NCBI GenBank assembly: GCA_048937405.1
Contig: JBHLNF010000009.1
Location: 64,001-128,000 of the forward strand
Reading direction: 5' to 3'
Length of the DNA: 64,000 nt
DNA from: Promethearchaeota archaeon
GTDB lineage: Archaea; Asgardarchaeota; Lokiarchaeia; Sigyniarchaeales; SOKP01
The notes under the pieces were generated by a model. The model was given only the letters and a program-made list of their open reading frames with translations, was not told where the DNA came from and ran no database searches. Of this stretch, positions 60,735-64,000 are shown piece after piece. Positions within the stretch are counted from its first letter, which is position 1. Every line of letters starts with the position of its first letter. A program made the translations under genes and the position numbers.

Positions 60735-61301
60735 ATGAAAGTGGTATTATTTAATGGAAGTCCCAGAAAAGAAGGAAATACATATCATTGCTTAAATGTT
60801 GTTATGGATGAATTAAAAGCAGCTGGAATAGAATGTGATTATAATTGGATTGGGATGGAAAAAATGCAAGGGTGTACTGCTTGCATGAAATGTAGAGAAA
60901 ATGGTGATCAAAAATGCGTACTAACTGGAGATAAAATGAATGACTATATTGAAAAGATGATAAATTCTGATGGTATAATAATTGGTTCTCCTACATATTA
61001 TTCTAATTTAACAACAAACACAAAAGCATTAATTGAACGTTGCGGATTTGCTGCTGGAAGAAAATTAAAACACAAAGTAGGAGCAGCAGTTATAGCAGTT
61101 AGGAGGGCTGGAGCAAACCATGCTTTTTCAAGTATAAACTATTTCTTTCTTATAAACCAGATGTTTGTTGTTGGTTCTAGTTATTGGAATGTAGGAATTG
61201 GAAGACAAGCGGGAGAAGTTTTAGATGATGAAGAAGGTATAGAAACATTTGAAAATTTAGGCAAGAACTTTGCTTTTTTGCTAGAAAAACTGAAAAAATA
61301 A
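60735..61301 (+). CDS. Iron-sulfur flavoprotein (Isf/flavodoxin family)
   Basis: NGSPRKEGNT, CTACMKC-x7-C, GSPTY, RRAG, SSYWN. ATG 60735 follows GAGGT. Confidence 0.9.
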   Translation: MKVVLFNGSPRKEGNTYHCLNVVMDELKAAGIECDYNWIGMEKMQGCTACMKCRENGDQKCVLTGDKMNDYIEKMINSDGIIIGSPTYYSNLTTNTKALIERCGFAAGRKLKHKVGAAVIAVRRAGANHAFSSINYFFLINQMFVVGSSYWNVGIGRQAGEVLDDEEGIETFENLGKNFAFLLEKLKK

Positions 61302-61391
61302 CCTTTTTCATTCTTTTAAATAAGATTTTTTCAATATTTATCGAAATTGATAAATATACTATCTATCATTTAGCAATCAAAATAAATAAAA

Positions 61392-62567
61392 ATGCGAGTT
61401 TTGGATTTAGGTCAAGTAAATAAGCTAATTTTGAACAAACAACATTTAACTGAAAATGCAAAAATTGATGATATATTACAAATAACTGATGATTTATGTG
61501 GACTTCATTCCACGGAACTTACTACATCATATTTTTCTCTTTTTGCAAGAACAAAAAATTTTATTAAAAATGATTTGGAAAATGAACTTTACCTAAATAA
61601 AAATCTCGCAAGAATACGAGGAATGAGAAGAACTATCTTTATTGAAACCAAAAATTTTATTCCAATAGTATATGCAGCAACTTCTAATATAATTAGTAAA
61701 TCTTTCGAAAAATATATGGAATTTCATAAGATTACATTGAAAGAATATCAGGAAATATCGAAAAAAATATTGGAACTATTAATAGGAAAAGAATTGTCCG
61801 CATCAGAAATAAGAAAAGAAGTGAACTCCAAATCAAATATTCCAGCAATTATCCAATTTATGTGTAACTATGGTTTACTCATTAGAGGAAAACCAATCAA
61901 AAATTGGAAAGATCGAAGAAATAACTATGCAGTATTTAAAAACTATTTCCCTAACCTAAATTTAACAAAATTTAATGAAAATAAGGCGATTCAACTCCTT
62001 ATAGAAAAATATATTAAAGCATATGGACCAGTTTCAGAAAATGATATATCATGGTGGACAGGTTTAACCAAAACCAAAATAAGAAATGCTTTAAGTGCTA
62101 TAAATAGTAAATTAAGAGAAATCAAAATTACTAATATGAAACAACCATTTCTAATATGTGAAGAAGATATAGACCAGCTAAATAATTTACCTAATTCGCA
62201 AAAACAAACATTAAATATATTACCCAGACTCGATTCGTATCCAATGGGATATAAGGATCGTGAAAGGTATATAGATGCCAAAAATTATAATCTGATATTT
62301 GATCGTTCTGGAAATATAACATCAACTATTTTTTTAGATGGGATTGCAGTTGGTGTTTGGGATCTAGAAGATAAACCTGAACCGATGCTTAAAATATTTT
62401 TATTTGGTTCAATTAATGAAGAATATATCGATGAATTGTATTTAAAAGCTCAAAATGTAGGAGAATTCTTCTTTGATGAGATTGTAAAAATAAAAGAATG
62501 TGAAAAAATGATTCCACTAACAGAAAGAAATGCTGGGGGCTTTATGTCTCCACTTAAAAATTCTTGA
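61392..62567 (+). CDS. AlkZ/YcaQ-like (HTH_42) winged-helix DNA glycosylase
   Basis: KQHL, GLHSTE...SLFAR, MRRTIF, YGP....DISWWTGL, LP.LD.Y.MGY..R, DG.AVGVW. Confidence 0.85.
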   Translation: MRVLDLGQVNKLILNKQHLTENAKIDDILQITDDLCGLHSTELTTSYFSLFARTKNFIKNDLENELYLNKNLARIRGMRRTIFIETKNFIPIVYAATSNIISKSFEKYMEFHKITLKEYQEISKKILELLIGKELSASEIRKEVNSKSNIPAIIQFMCNYGLLIRGKPIKNWKDRRNNYAVFKNYFPNLNLTKFNENKAIQLLIEKYIKAYGPVSENDISWWTGLTKTKIRNALSAINSKLREIKITNMKQPFLICEEDIDQLNNLPNSQKQTLNILPRLDSYPMGYKDRERYIDAKNYNLIFDRSGNITSTIFLDGIAVGVWDLEDKPEPMLKIFLFGSINEEYIDELYLKAQNVGEFFFDEIVKIKECEKMIPLTERNAGGFMSPLKNS

Positions 62568-62733
62568 AAAGTAGGAATAATTGATTGAAAAGAAATAAGT
62601 TTTATTAAAATAATGGAAATTTATTTGGACTTAGGTTAAATTGTGGAAATATTAAGTTTTTGAAGATATTTGCTAAAATTTCTTTAAAATAGTGAAAAAT
62701 TTAAACTAAATAAAAAATAATAAAAATAAATAT

Positions 62734-63315
62734 CTATTTTTTTTTCCAATAAGTAAAGTATACTATTATAAGTATAATCAACGCAGGAATTCCGAGTAAA
62801 ATTAATATCCACATTAAGGTTAAAAACCATGAATAAACCCAATATCCCCATGGCTTATTCCCAATTGGTGTATTATAATTTCCATCTGCAGCAATATAAA
62901 TACAATAAGCTATAAACATAAAGAAACCAAAACCACCACCCCCACCCCAATTTTGCTTTCTATGCTTTTCCTTTTTGTTTCTTGCTTTAAACCACTCTTG
63001 ATCTTCTGTGGGTAACTTACTCCACCATATGTATCCTCCTAAGCCAAAAAATAATGCTGCCGGAGCGCCCACAAATAGTAATTCCGCTAATATTAATTGT
63101 ATAAAGAATCCAACGATATAATTTAGTGTCCAATTTCCAATAAAGCCTGTTTGTGGGTCAACGAAAGGATTTACCTCTATTATCCAAAACAATGTCAAGA
63201 TAGCTCCTATAATTAAAAAAACAGCTGCTACAATCATCACTATAAAAGCATTAGTATGTTTCTTTATTGTTTCTTTCCAGAATTGTTCTTCACTTATATC
63301 ATTACTATTTTCCAT
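62734..63315 (-). CDS. Four-TM membrane protein of unknown function
   Basis: Hydrophobic helices separated by a basic/Gly-rich loop (KKEKHRKQNWGGGGGFGF). Confidence 0.75.
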   Translation of the reverse strand: MENSNDISEEQFWKETIKKHTNAFIVMIVAAVFLIIGAILTLFWIIEVNPFVDPQTGFIGNWTLNYIVGFFIQLILAELLFVGAPAALFFGLGGYIWWSKLPTEDQEWFKARNKKEKHRKQNWGGGGGFGFFMFIAYCIYIAADGNYNTPIGNKPWGYWVYSWFLTLMWILILLGIPALIILIIVYFTYWKKK

Positions 63316-63534
63316 ATAAATTCCCCATTAATTTCATTAAAATTTTTATGTATTGACAGGAAAAATGAGTATTTAAACTTATCTACTCATAATCATTATA
63401 TCCCAAAAATTTTTATACTCTAAGGCTTATTTGGAACTATTATACGATTTGATAATTGAAAAATTAATAAAGACTGAGAACTATAAACATTATAAGGATA
63501 TAAATTATAATGATCCTAACAATTTAGTGTAAAT

Positions 63535-63999
63535 ATGAATGAAGAAGAAACTTCTGGATTATGCGATAATTCATGTAAACCTGAATCTATTGTTGATGTG
63601 TTTTCTTTAATTAATACTTTAAGTAAGAAATATGAAAAATTAAAGCGAAATAATATTCAGGAATTAGAACTAACACCAGCACAGTATTTTATATTAAGTC
63701 AACTATGGGAATCAGATGGACAACAATTTAAAGAATTAGCAGAAAAATGTGGATGTTCAAGATCCACCATTACTGGGGTGGTAGATACAATGGAAAAAAA
63801 GATGATAGTTACTCGTGAATTACATCCTTCTGATAGGAGAAGCCTACTTGTCAAACTTACAAAAAAGGGTAAAAACTTAAAAAATGAAACACCACCTCTA
63901 GAATCGATCCTTGATGGATGCTGCCCAGAAATTAATGAAGAAGAGATGAAAAAGTTAGGGGAATTACTTCAGAAATTATTAAACTCACTAAAATATTAA
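63535..63999 (+). CDS. MarR-family regulator with Cys residues
   Basis: LTPAQY.IL..LW, STITGVVDTMEKK, DRRSLLVKLT.KG; Cys in CDNSC, CGC and CC. Confidence 0.92.
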   Translation: MNEEETSGLCDNSCKPESIVDVFSLINTLSKKYEKLKRNNIQELELTPAQYFILSQLWESDGQQFKELAEKCGCSRSTITGVVDTMEKKMIVTRELHPSDRRSLLVKLTKKGKNLKNETPPLESILDGCCPEINEEEMKKLGELLQKLLNSLKY

Positions 64000-64000
64000 C

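Noticed and set aside
278-62281. Short antisense or overlapping ORFs in the track (e.g. 278..460, 5600..5785, 11647..11961, 16626..16979, 36635..37237, 52880..53227, 61991..62281)
   Set aside because: They lie within well-supported genes, lack motifs and read like reverse-complement shadows.
1-64000. CRISPR arrays, tRNA/rRNA genes, IS elements, integrases, proviral genes
   Set aside because: No regularly spaced repeats, GC-rich structural RNA blocks, terminal inverted repeats or recombinase/transposase motifs were seen by eye.

Overview
Very AT-rich chromosomal window that looks like an Asgard archaeon, most likely Lokiarchaeia. Evidence: RadA, alpha4-type EndA, archaeal CdhA, two multidomain Arf/Rag-like small GTPases, a vWA-RING-RING protein and an IPGY-type C-terminal sorting signal. 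Contents: (1) the 3' part of a divergent A/V-type ATPase operon (H/G-F-E-A-B-D-I), followed by a zinc-ribbon membrane protein and a second subunit A whose catalytic GERxxE motif reads GEPGNE; (2) housekeeping genes (endA, MEMO1, PfkB kinase, two OsmC, radA, pcm, U32, flavodoxin-like protein, AlkZ-like glycosylase); (3) a dispersed alpha-glucan/nucleotide-sugar set (degenerate phosphomutase, GH57 branching enzyme, NDP-sugar pyrophosphorylase, GalT-like protein, maltokinase, GH57 amylase); (4) a lone cdhA, an MtrH-like protein and a B12 radical SAM enzyme; (5) a heterodimeric ABC exporter with MarR. Features the ORF track misses: at least three genes that appear to start at AUA/AUU codons behind Shine-Dalgarno motifs; two single genes each followed by a dead copy of the neighbouring gene's 3' end (integrase-free insertion scars); further orphan 3'-end remnants; a tandem pair of related 46 and 51 aa microproteins; and a candidate three-way-junction 5' leader RNA before the radical SAM gene. 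No rRNA, tRNA, CRISPR array, integrase or transposase was seen. All family assignments are by motif recognition, not database searches.
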